58,499 nt of DNA from Octopus bimaculoides (GCF_001194135.2 NC_069004.1:21745570-21804068), one strand, 5' to 3'. Positions 25,462 through 37,550 are shown, numbered from the stretch's first letter. Program-made: numbers and translations. The notes: generated from the letters alone by a model not told the origin.

Positions 25462-26036
25462 ATATATACATATATACAACATGCTTCTTTCAGTTGCCAT
25501 CTACCAAATCCATTCACAAGGCTTTGGTCAGTGTGAGGCTATAGCTGAAGACACTTGCCCAAGGTGACACACAGTGGGACTGAGCTTGAGATCATGTGGT
25601 TAGAAAGCAAACTTCTTACCACACAGCCATGAGGGATGGCTACATGGCACCACGTTAAGGAGAATTAGTTAAACAGATTGAGCCCAGTACATTTTTTTAA
25701 AAAGTTTTGTATTTATTCTATTGATTCTTTTTGCCTACTGCTTATTTACAGGGATGTAAACAAACTAACACTGGCTGTCAAGTAGTGATGGGGAACAAAG
25801 ACATACACAGATATATATTTGCAACAGGTTTCCATCAACCAAATTCACTCACAAGAGATTTGTCAGCCTAGGGCTATAGTAGATAGGCTTGCCCAAGGTT
25901 CCACATAGTGGCACTGAACCCAAAACCACAGGATTACAAAGTGAGCTTCTTAACCACACAGCCTTGCCTGAGTCTATGGATGCATCAAAGGGGCAGTTGC
26001 CCTGGGTGCAAAATTTCAAAAGAGAAATAACTCTAG

Positions 26037-26300
26037 GTACAGGTGTGGCAATGTGGTAAGAAGTTTGTTTCCCAACCACATGGTTCCGGGTTCAGTCCTG
26101 CTGCGTGGAACCTTGGCATGTATCTTCTATTATAGACTTGGGCTGACAAAAGCTTTGTGAGTGGATTTGGTAGACAAAAATTGAAAGAAGCCTGTCATAT
26201 ACAATATATGTGTATCTTTGTGTTTGTCCTTCACTGCCACTTAACAACTAGTGTTGGTGTGTTTACATCACCATAATTTAAAAGTTCAACAAAAGAGAAC
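26037..26300 (+). mobile_element. Family A SINE abutting a family B SINE (26300-26435, -)
   Basis: Similarity to other copies. Confidence 0.8.
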
Positions 26301-28099
26301 TGGTACTTAATTTATCGACCCCGAAAGGATGAAAGGCGAAGTCAACTTCAGCGGAATTTGAACTCAGAATGTAACAGCAGATGAAATAGCGCTAATTATT
26401 TCGCCCGGCGTACTAACGATTCTGCTAGCTAACTGCCTTCGGTTACTGATGATCTTGCAAGACAAAAACCCATGTCTGTGTCTGATTAAGCGTGCAGTAT
26501 TAAGGGAAGTGACTTTATGTCAGGTGTTGAGGGGTTAGTTTGATGGCATATACATGTATCTACATCAAGACACCTATCTTTGTCCCCTTAATCTCTCAAC
26601 TGGTACAAAGCCACCACCACCACCATCAATACTACTCTCTCTTCTCAGTTGAGGGGTTTTTGCTTTTTTGTCTTGCAAGGTACTTTGTGACCTTCTTGGT
26701 AATAGTACCATGTAAAAAGCCCTCAGTACACTCTGTAATGTAGTTGGCATTAGGAAGAGCATCCAGCTGTAGAAGCCATGTGAAAACAGACCATGGAACC
26801 TGTTACTGTTCCCAGCCTTACCACCTCATCTCAAACTGTCTAACCCATGCCAGCATGGAAAATGGACGTTAAATGATGACGAGGAGCATGCACATGCACA
26901 CACATATACACACATGTTCGTATGCATGCCTGTAGACACAGATAAACATTGCTGTGCGGTTAAGAAGGTTACTTTGCAACCATGTGATCTTGGTTCAGCT
27001 CCATTGCATGGCACCTTAGGCAAGTGTCTTCTCCTATTGCCACAGGCTGACCAATGCCTCACAAGTGAAATTGGTAGAAAGAAACTATGTGGAAGCCCAT
27101 CACGTGTGTGTGGTGTATTTGACTACATGGTGGCTAGTCTTGGTTTGTTTGCTTCCCCATAACTTAGCAGCTTGGCAAAAAAAGACCAATAGAATAATGG
27201 GCTAATTTGTTCAAGGAAACTCTACAAGGCAGTGCTCCAGCATGGCTGCAGTCTAATGATTGAAACAAGATAAAAGTGATGTGTGTCTGTGTGTATCAAG
27301 ATATACTTGCATATATATGCATGGATATACTTGTATATACACATAAAAACACACATATATGTATACACATACACACCTGTATATATATATAGATAGACAG
27401 ACAGACAGACAGATACATTTGTGTATGTGTGCATGTGAATATGTATACACTTGCACATATATGTATATGCTTGTATGTACATATGTATGTGTGTACTTGC
27501 ATGTTTGTATATACATATTGTATGTTAGAGACAGCATTTATAAAGTGTGTTCTTTATCAATTTTACTAACATGTGTACAACACATGTGAGTTGAGTTGGT
27601 TTGACAGATAACTAGGTCACCAAATCAACAAGCCATAAGGTGCATTTATACTAGGATATTCATTTCCATTCATACCTAAACAGAGACAAACAGACACGCA
27701 TTAATTCATACATACTTATACAATTTGTTATATATATAAATATGCACATTCCAGTTTGTGTCATATTCAAAATATTACAATGCAATCTACAGAAACTATT
27801 GTATATAGAGATCAAGATATAAAAGTTATGTTTGAAGATTTGGGTAAGTTTATAGGTAATATGGAAGAGTATTGAAGGAACGCTTTTGTCAAAACTTGTG
27901 TAAAATGTAGGAATATGTAGGAATACCCAGACATGATAATTTAGGACACAGAAATGAACATATGCACAGTAGGAGGAATTAGAAAGAAAACGTTTCCGCT
28001 GAATCAGTATAAAATATGTAGATATGACACACCAAACTATAATTTTAGGTTTGTGCCTGTGGTTATGTCATTAACTGTCACAGAACCAATCTTGAGAAG

Positions 28100-28245
28100 T
28101 TGATCTTCACAAAACAAAGCAGAGGAAAACTGCCAGCATCATTCGCCTGTTCAAAAAGGGTAATTGCACATCACCAGTCATTTACCATCTAGTCAGTCTT
28201 ACTGGCTGCACCACCAAACCGATGGAGGACGGTGTCAGAGAAACA
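28100..28245 (+). mobile_element. CR1/L2 RT fragment
   Basis: TASIIRLFKKGNCTSPVIYHLVSLTGCTTKPME resembles the PxxKKG...NYRPISLT motif. Confidence 0.6.
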
Positions 28246-28439
28246 GATACATATATATATAATGTACACACACACACACACACATATCATCATCATCATC
28301 ATCATCATCATNNNNNNNNNNNNNNNNNNNNNNNNNNNNNNNNNNNNNNNNNNNNNNNNNNNNNNNNNNNNNNNNNNNNNNNNNNNNNNNNNNNNNNNNN
28401 NNNNNNNNNNNACCTATATATATACACATATATATATAC

Positions 28440-28795
28440 ATACATGCCTTCAAAACATCTTCATACAATTTTGAAGGTCTTCCACTGCAACTGTCATCTT
28501 CAAAGCTAAACTTTCCCACTATAAATTTTGCAAACCATCTTCGAACAGTTGATTCACCTACAGCATCATCACCACCAACTTCACAAATATTTTAGCAGGT
28601 CTTTGCAGCATTTTCTCTTTTTTTAAAAAAGGAAAGCATTTACAACATGAATATGAAATTTTTAGTTATCTATTTCAAATGTCAATGAAGGGTAACCATT
28701 TGTTCTTCGCATTGTGCCATGCCGAATTAAGGTTTATTCCATGAAAGTTGAATCTATTTTTAGTCAGGAACAAAAATAAATGTACGACCACTTTA
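28440..28795 (-). mobile_element. Mariner 5' fragment
   Basis: STVRRWFAKF...FEDDSCSGRPSKL HTH region. Confidence 0.8.
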
Positions 28796-29760
28796 AGCAA
28801 TGCCAAAGTTTTAACTGTGTTACATTTCAGGTGAGTTCAATGAAGTGTTAAAATATTTAGCTTAAAAACATTCAGAGAGAGAGAGAGAGAGAGACACCTG
28901 CATGTTGTGTGTGTGGGCGTAAATATGAAGAGGCACCCTGAAAATGAGATAAAAATAGTCACACTGACCTACAAATCTACATGTTAAGCTTGAAATAGTT
29001 TATTAAAGTCAAATAAATTTCTGGACATTTCTAAAAAGGAAAATAGGACCAGTCTAATAAATAAGAGTTGTATATCAGTCATTGTAAACAAGAAAAGGTT
29101 ATATAAAGGATATATACAATTATATAAAAAGACATAACACAATAACACACATGGTGATTCTGAATTCCATTTAGCATTTAGAGATTTTATTTCTTTAATT
29201 TTGTTACAACTTTGCTTTCATATATTTTAATAGTCTTTGCTATCATGTTGAGAATATCTTTTGATAAAAATTAATAGCGATCTAGTTATTAATTTATATT
29301 TGATACATAGTCTTAAATGATAATGTTATTGGTTTCAAATTCACAGTCAGCAATTTCAGGGAGTGGATTACATCAATCCAGTACTCAACTAGTAGTAGTT
29401 GTTTTTTTTATTTATTTAAAGATTACAATAAGTTTTTTTTATTACCAACAGAGATAATAATTACATATATAATACATGTGTATATGATACAAAACCACAA
29501 TGAAATACAAATCAAACGATTCTGGCAGCTCATTGCCTTTAAAATGACAAGTTATCAAAAACACAAGATGTCCTCAAAATGGTGCGATATAATGGTAATG
29601 ATGCTCAATTGTCATGGGTGGTCCCAGGGGCTGATAGTATGAATGATGAAGGGAGACGTGAGGGGAAAATAGAGAGGATAAGGCATAACATACATTAAGA
29701 AGCTCCTCAGTTAAGGAGACTTTTCATTCATCCAACCTCCACCTATATATATATATATAA

Positions 29761-29795
<35 letters not shown>

Positions 29796-29934
29796 GCACA
29801 TGCGCTAACACTACTTTTACTACAGAATATTCCCTTCTTCAGCTGTAGAATGGAAACCACATTTTTACAATGTTACCATTTTTATCAATGTTACCAGAAT
29901 GTCAGGGGGTGATGGTGATCTATATTGTAGTGCA

Positions 29935-31635
29935 CAAGCTAAACAGTTTGGTATAACTACACATATGTACCCCCCACACATACACACACCGACTTTGTTG
30001 CCTCATAACTTCCAGAAAAATGGATACTTTTTAACGAAATTTTCAACAAAAACAGCTTAGATGTTGTGGATAAAGAGTATATAGGGACTTATGGGAGAGA
30101 ATTTTTCCGAAGTGGCGGAGAGAGGAGTTTCGGAAAATTGATACGATCCGACTTTTCTCCCTCATAATTTTCAGCAAAATGGATACCTTCTGAAGTAGTT
30201 GTATGCTGTCAACTTAATGTGACAGTCCCATGAAGGGAATAATACTACTGCTATTTAGCCCTAGGAAGCAGCATCGCTTCCTATCGGCCTTATGTTTACA
30301 AGAGGGAGACAAGCACCTCCACTTAGCTAAGCCTGCATCCAGAGACATGTTTCTGAGTCTTTGCTCGCCATCAGTCTGGAGTAGCATGACCTGCTAGTTG
30401 GAGATGCCTGTCAAGCTCTTGTAAACATAATAATTCAAGTGAAATACATTCACTGATTTCAAAATTTTATACAAATACCTTTCAAACGGCATAGATTACG
30501 ATTATAAAGAAATTTATGGGGAAAATTTTTTTCCGAGGGGATGGAGAGAGGAGTTTCGGTTCAGGAAGACCAAATAAGCTGGAACTACTCCACTTNNNNN
30601 NNNNNAACTATGAGGGTAGGAAAAATATTTTTAAAATTGTTAATATTTTCAGAGGGAAAAGTGAGTGATTTAAGGGAGATTTGGCTGTTGTTTCTAGCAC
30701 ATCCCAAGACAACCCTCCTCGTTTCTTTATCACTCTCGCATGTATTTTTCTCCCCATAAATACTCTTATACTTTTATATGCTATAAAAAAAATAGGGAAA
30801 AATTATGATTTTTGGCAACCTCACACCCTGCCCCCGATGGTTGGTGGGGTTTTTTTCGGGGAAGGAGGGGGGGGTACAAAAGGAAGTCTTGCCGCATACT
30901 TTTCTGTTAGAAAATGGTTTTTCTTACATACAGATACACGGCCTCGCTTGATTGAGGTAGGGGTAAAAATTTATATTACAATTTTTGTTTTGTTTTGTTT
31001 GCTTAGATCCCACCAATGGACCATCATCGTTCCATAAAATGTGTTTAATGGGAGAAAAATATTGAAGGAACATCAATACATGTGAGAGTGAAAACGGAGG
31101 GTGGTTTGGGATGCGCTAGAAACAACAGCCAAATCTCCCTTGAATCGTATACCTTTTTCCTCTGAAAATATTTACAATTCTTTTTTTCTTTTTTTTTTAC
31201 CGAAAAGGCTCCTCCCATGGTTTTTAAGTTTTAAAAAATTGGTCAAAATCGGTGTGGAGTGGAATGGTGAAGAATGAGGAGGGGGTACAAAAATTTTCAA
31301 AACTTTTTTTATTATAAAACGATGTCCCTATTATTTCAAAGGTTGTAGTGAAATAAGAAAAAATGAGAAAAATCACCGTTAAAACGGAGTAAGTAGTTTC
31401 AACTCATTTAGTTTTCCTGATCAGAAACTGCGTTTTTTCGAAACTCCTTCCCCACCCCTCGGAAAAAATTTTCCCCACAAATTTCTTTATAATCGTAATC
31501 TCTGCCGTTTGAAAGGTATTTGTATAAAACTTCATTAAAAGATATCCATTTTCCTAAAAGTTATGAAGGAAAAAAGAGGTAACAAAGTCGATGGGATACA
31601 CATCTGTGGTTATGCCAACAGTTTAATGTAGTTAT
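29935..31635. mobile_element. Unclassified foldback / long-TIR element
   Basis: 30460-30760 is the inverted copy of segments in 31040-31530. Outer arms share cgactttgtt...cataact...aatggata. Spacer ~30760-31040. Confidence 0.8.
30338..30380 (-). ncRNA. Minimal type I hammerhead ribozyme capping a long hairpin
   Basis: tccaga CTGATGG cgag caaaga ctca GAAAC at GTC tctgga: 6-bp stem I and palindromic ACATGT stem III. A9>G and a C.A pair at the stem II base deviate from consensus. Confidence 0.75.
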
Positions 31636-31874
31636 GTTTACATTACTAAAGTCTTTTAGTCATACGAGTAAACTTTAATCCATACATATATGCATATACG
31701 GTATACCTACACATGTGTGCCAGTGTGTATCGGAGTTTGTTTCCTCATAACTTTCAGAAAATGGATATTAATCAAAGTTATGAGGAAACAAAGTCGGGGG
31801 ATGCAGACATCTAAAGATAGATAGATATACACATACACACGTACATACATAGAGTATGCGCGCGTATAGAAGCG

Positions 31875-31911
<37 letters not shown>

Positions 31912-32599
31912 GCCCGTGTGTGTGTGTATATATATGGCTATGTGTCTACCTACACGTTTGTGTAGGTAAAGCACGTATACACAAATGTACAAAACAAAAC
32001 AAACGTGTGTGTCTGATAACTGCAATGCAGGGAATTTGTCAGGCCTCGCTCGAGTCACATACATAACTTTACAGCCTAATAAAAAGATATATATATACCC
32101 TTCCATACCGAGTTCTATACACTCTCTCTGTTCCAACACACACACTTGTAATGTTATGGTACCTAATTAAACCTGGTGCGTCGTTTGCTTTTAGGTGAAC
32201 CAGAAAACATGAAACTTTTTAAAAAACACAGAGTACTTACTGGAGCTTTAATTCGGACACATGAAAAAAAAATACTGTTTTCTAATTTAAAATAATAACA
32301 TCCACAAGTGTCTTATATTGCTTGAAAGAAGATTGATAGTATGTATTCCGCTCTATATATCTTTTTTATTATTTATTTTTGTTCCTTTATCTGTTTCTAT
32401 AATTTTATTTTTTTCCTTCACTTTCTTCCTTTGATATATTTTCTAGTGTATTTAAAAGCAGTTTTCGTAATGTCTTTGTATTTGTGGTGGATTAAAATCC
32501 TCTTTTAGAATAATAAATTCAAGTTAAAATAAAGAGAAAATACAGAAAAAAAAAGAAAACAATTACCTTTTGTTTGGGTCTTTTTTAGGGTTATTTTCT

Positions 32600-32607
32600 T
32601 TTTTCTT

Positions 32608-32649
<42 letters not shown>

Positions 32650-33200
32650 TTAAGAAATAAAAGGAGCAGAATGAAAGCAAACTAGAAAAAGTATTTCATC
32701 CATTAACTTGCTAACAAGAGAAATAGAAAGAAAGCCAGACTTTGTAAGTAAAAAGAGAGAGACCAAGTTTGACTGTTAATGAAAGAGGAATAGAGAGAGG
32801 GAGAACTAGATTGTTTGACGGCGACGCGCCTGGGTCACCACCTCTGTAAAACTATTTGAGACATCTTTCTTTCTATCCTTCTCTTTATTTCAGTTGCTTA
32901 TATTCTTTTTTGCTTTCTATCTTTTGCTCTTTCTTTCTCTTCTACTTCTTTATTCTCTCTGTATTTTTTCTCTTTGATGCCTCGCTCTTTTTCTCTGTCG
33001 TTGCCCTTCCATCTCCCAGACTTTCGATCACATTCTATTTTATTAATTTAATACACATTCTTTCTCTCTATTCATTTGTCCCTCACCTCTTCTTCCTCCA
33101 TCTCTCTCTCTCTTTCAAACCCTTTTATTTTTAAACTATACACATCAAGGATTTTGTAAGTGACGAAATGTGACGTTGTTACACCCATGCCTTGCCTACG
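32600..33200 (+). promoter_or_regulatory. Candidate promoter / non-coding first exon
   Basis: CpG cluster gacggcgacgcgcc near 32817, GA-rich upstream, pyrimidine-rich leader, donor tttt|GTAAGT at 33156. CpGs are retained across ~30-34 kb. Confidence 0.35.
32611..32646. repeat. Poly(dA:dT) tract, ~36 bp
   Basis: Direct reading. Confidence 0.97.
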
Positions 33201-33911
33201 TACCTAATGGACTAAACAAAGGTTGTGTTGTTATGAAGTTAGCTTCACCACATGTGGTTTCAAGCACGTTTCTTCTGCACGACACTTTGGGAAAATGTTT
33301 TCTTTTAAAACATGAAGTAGACCAAAGCTTTGTGAGTTAAATTTCGTAGATAACAGTTCCTCTTCTTAGGTTGTAGATTTAATACATCACACTACCTTTC
33401 CATTAAGTCCCCACTGTTGTAAACATTCTGGCCAGGTCACCTGCCTGGGTATCACTGCCTCCCTTCCTCTTACACCTGTCTCAGTGATGTTAATCAGGGA
33501 TTTAGACCATTAAGCTGTTGTTTGGAACAAATGTTAAAAATAAGATTCTTACGTAAAATGATGGTAAATTGGTTCAGTTTAAACATAAATAAGACGTTAA
33601 AACGGACAGTTTTGTATGATAGAACAAGATAAGAATTTGAGGTATTTAAGTAAAACAACTTTTGTCATTAATATTAAGCTGGTATTTGAAATATTGCTTA
33701 ACGAGTTTCCCTATATACTAATACGATGAAAAGTATTCTTTTATATGTAAACACTTTCGGACAGGTGGTTTTGTATCATAGAATTAGGTTGGCATCAAAA
33801 GATCTCATCTTTATTTAGTACATGTATCGTGAGCAGGGTCACCTGAGACGGTTCATCCGACCAGAATAGTTACTGAACAGTCCAAGAATTGAAAGCGGCA
33901 CCGCAGTGAAT

Positions 33912-34049
33912 ATGGTGGGAGGTGACAGTGGCATTGGTAGTGGTGGTAGTGGTGCAGATGGTAATAGTGTTAATGGTTGTGTTGATAATGAATGGGATTA
34001 TGACGGAACAGGAGGAGGAAGTGGTGGTGGTGGTGGTGGTCAGTCTCAG
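33912..34049 (+). CDS. Candidate first coding exon, Gly/Ser-rich N-terminus MVGGDSGIGSGG...DNEWDYDGTGGGSGGGGGGQSQ, product unknown
   Basis: Acceptor atctcatctttatttAG at 33818, ATG at 33912, phase-0 donor CAG|GTTTGG at 34050 (weak). Composition is coding-like and not TE-like. Confidence 0.45.
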
Positions 34050-34985
34050 GTTTGGATACTTTGAAGAACTGGTTTGTTTGTTTGTTTTTTTCCTGTAGTG
34101 TTTCGAAAGCAGTAAGGGTACACAGCTTACATTCAGACTAGAACCCAATATTCTGTAAGAATGTGATTGCAGGCATAGTTGTGTGCTTTGGATACTTATT
34201 GATCAGTTTAGCAACCAAGTGACCTGGATTTGATTTGTATGGTGCCTTGGTTATCTTCTGCCATAGTCTCAGACTCATTAATAACTTCTGAGTGAAATAG
34301 GGGAGACAAACTAATCAGCATGGTGCATGTATATGTGTGTATTGCAATGAGTTATTTTCATTATTAAGGATGTATGTATGACTGGATGGTTGGTTGAAGA
34401 ATTAAGCTGGTTTGAGTTCCACTATATGTGTGTATGCAGATAAAGGGAAAATGAGAAAACCAGGTAGAATTTAATGCGATGATTTATTCAACCCATAAAG
34501 AGCATTAACACAGCAAAACTGTTGAATACATCTTGATTGATACTGTCAGAAAATATGCATAATGGTTTCTCATGCAGTTAGTACTTGAATAGAACAAGAA
34601 AACAAATACATGACATAGCTTCTACTGGAAGACAGGAAAGGATGTAATGCGCCAAAGGCTACCTGCAAAATAAACTTCCTCCCTACCAAGAGCCAAACAC
34701 AACCACACATCGCACCTCACTGAAGAATAGCGGGAAAGGTTCCTCTTTTAAAGCTGATGGTAGGCTCCAGTGAACTAACAAAAATTTGTCCGCACTCAGC
34801 TGGTCTGTCACGTGATGGGATGAGAGCCTGTGTAAAGCTAGAAAGACTCAACCACCATGTGACCAAGTCATTTGACCACTTGTAGAAAACATAGCATATG
34901 AACCAATATCATGAATGATAATCATGCCTCTACTACATATATATATAGAGAGAGAGAAAGAGAGGTTAAGGAAAACTGAAAAAGC

Positions 34986-35113
34986 AAAATGTTTGGCATC
35001 ACTTGAAAAGGACCTTTAATTTAGATAGAAAATATAAACATATATTAGAGATTCTGAATGTTTAAATTCTCTATCTAAATTAAAAATCCTTTTCAAGTGA
35101 TGCCAAACGTTTT
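34986..35113. repeat. 128-bp near-perfect inverted repeat (MITE-like)
   Basis: 56-bp arms with ~5 mismatches and a 16-nt spacer. Confidence 0.9.
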
Positions 35114-35388
35114 GGAAACTTTGAGTAGGTCTCTGAGCAGGTATCGCCAAACTTTTGGCAAAATTTTATGCAGATTCTCAGCTCAATTTTCACTGTTATG
35201 GCTAATGTAATGCTCACATTGCATTAGCTTCCTTCCAAGCACTGATGTAAACAGTGGAAGTGAGCTAAAATGTTAAAACTTAGTGTGCATGCACAGCAGA
35301 ATTCAAGGCCAATCTGTATCAAGCAGCTTCACTCTGAGTGCTTTAGCTTCGTTACTATGGCAACAGTTGGGATACTTATTGATCAGAT
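35114..35388 (-). mobile_element. Mariner 5' end (same family as 16790-17057)
   Basis: Direct alignment by eye. Confidence 0.8.
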
Positions 35389-35430
<42 letters not shown>

Positions 35431-35789
35431 GAGGTAACAAACATAAAAAGATGATGGCACAGGAGGGACAAGTTTTAACAAATGTATGAGTTTAATGTTT
35501 AAAAAGAAATTTTTAAAAACCATGACATTTCGAGCGCTAGCCCTTCGTCAAAAATGATAAAAGGATAAGAAAAGATGTTAGGGAAAATAACAAAAACTAC
35601 AAGTTCATTTACATCCAACAGCATCCAACTGAAGAGCTACAGGCAGTATACCATCCAACCAGATAAATACTCGTAATTTTGTTGTTGACTAACTGCAAAG
35701 TTATGAAACTCATGCTTCAAGTTGTCAAGCTGAAAACATTTCCTATACTGGGAAAAGATGCATTTATGAAATTAGACCTACTGATTTTG

Positions 35790-36170
35790 AGGTAAACTCT
35801 ATCTATCTTTGGCCAGGTTCCAACCCATGCTGCAGCAACAAAGTCTGCTCACCACACTTCTTGGTCTAACATCAAAATGCCTCAAGGTTCTGGATACATT
35901 CCAGGCCAGTGTCTGCAATCAAGTTGTTGATGTAAGTGGGATGCCATTTTCCTCTTCTTACATCACCCACGAAGTGGGTTCCACAAGACTAATTTGGATG
36001 CTTCCAGTTGAGGGTGGTGCATGCACTGAGCAGATAGTCACAACCATCTTTGCCTGATCTTGCTAACTTTTGGCAGGTCTCTATAAAGGTATTCATTTGT
36101 CATATATTGCTGCCATTTTGCATTTAGAGTCATTTGTAACATCCTTGTGTAGCAGCCATCTAGCCCATTT
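35790..36170 (-). mobile_element. RTE-X-type LINE 3' fragment
   Basis: LDGCYTRMLQMTLNAKWQQYMTNEYLY...ASKLVLWNP...TYINNLIADTG. Confidence 0.8.
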
Positions 36171-36471
36171 GATAATTCTATAATCTAACTTATCACTAGA
36201 TTATCTTGATCAATGTAAAGGCCTTTGGAAATTACCTGCTCAATACTCAATGAAGTTAAAGGCAGATGCTACATCTGTCATATACTCTCCATGAAGAATT
36301 CCACATGCTATTCATGATAAAGTGAAAGCTGAATCCAATATCATGGAGCAGCCTAAAGCGGCAAGCTGTCAGAATTGTATAGGGACCATCTTAGACAGTT
36401 GAACAGTATTACCATTATACCATGCCAGTTTGAGGACTCTATCCTCCCATTTGTTTGATAACATCATTTTA

Positions 36472-36670
36472 AAGGTGGTGAGCTAGCAGAATCGTTAGCC
36501 TGTCAGGCAAAATGCTTAACATGTGCTTTACATTCTGAGTTCAAATTCTGCTGAGGTTGACTTTGCATTTCATCTCTTTCCAGTCAGTAAAATAAGTACC
36601 AGCTGAGCACTAGGGTCGATGTAATCAACTTAACCCTCTCCCAAAACCTGCTGCCAAAATTTGAAACCAA
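36472..36670 (+). mobile_element. tRNA-derived SINE, family B (ggtggtgagctagcagaatcgttagc head)
   Basis: Related copies at ~12905-13060(-), 26300-26435(-), 42179-42395(+), 46700-46865(-) and 53137-53350(+). Confidence 0.85.
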
Positions 36671-37550
36671 TACCATAGACTAGCATGGTGTTGTTATCAA
36701 ACAATGCAAGCCTACAGCATGAGTCAATTCAGTGGTCACAGTACAAAAATATGATAAGGTAAGAATTTGCATCAATTCCCCAACATCCCTTATCATGGAT
36801 AAGGAAATTGCTGCACAAATAAGCAATGCTGCAAAGTTTATTAAGCTGTCATGCAACACAGTTACTGACATATAAAGCTAGAAGAGAATTCAAAACTATA
36901 CAATGAATACAATTTTTGGGTTGTATCATTTCCTTCATTTACAAATTGGATTCTATAGCCCAGGAGATATTGTGCAAGAGCTATGGAGAATATCCTTGAT
37001 GGAACTGATATGTGAAAGTAATTGTTGATGATATATTAGTTTTGGGTGGTTCAAATGAAGAACATGATAAGCAATTGAAACAAGATTCAAACTAAGCAGA
37101 AACTTGCAAAGATGCATCCAGTGATATAGAGGCAGTATAGTGTAGTTCATCCTGGGCCAAACAATACCTTGTGAGCGAATTTAGTCATCTATCTGTCTGT
37201 CTGTGCATCTATCTTTGTGTTTAAGTTTGTCACTGGTGTTGGTTTGTTTATGTCCAGTAACTTAGTGGTTCGAGGGAAAATAAAATTGATAGGATAAAAA
37301 ACCTAAGTAGTGAAGTCAATTTTGGGGGTTAAAGCCTTTCATGTCAGTGCTCCAGAATAGCCATAGTCCAATAACTGAAACAAGTAAAAGATAAAAAATG
37401 TAGTTATTAAAATGCTACAATCCACAAACAAGCAGAATGTACTAAGGTTTATAGGAATGGTCACAGATCTATTCCTAATTTAACTAACAGATCAATACTA
37501 CTACAAAGATGGCATCAGGTTCGTATGGAATGATGCATACAAAAAGAACT

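Noticed and set aside
26440-26485. CTGATGA-tcttgcaagac-AAAAAC-ccat-GTC (similar weak motifs at 17785, 18683-18724, 29815 and 58391)
   Set aside because: GAAA or stem I is missing, so these are too degenerate to call.
28805-28836. tttcAG|GTGAGT, a recursive-splice-like site
   Set aside because: A single 9-mer is expected by chance at this window size; there is no supporting exon or strand evidence.
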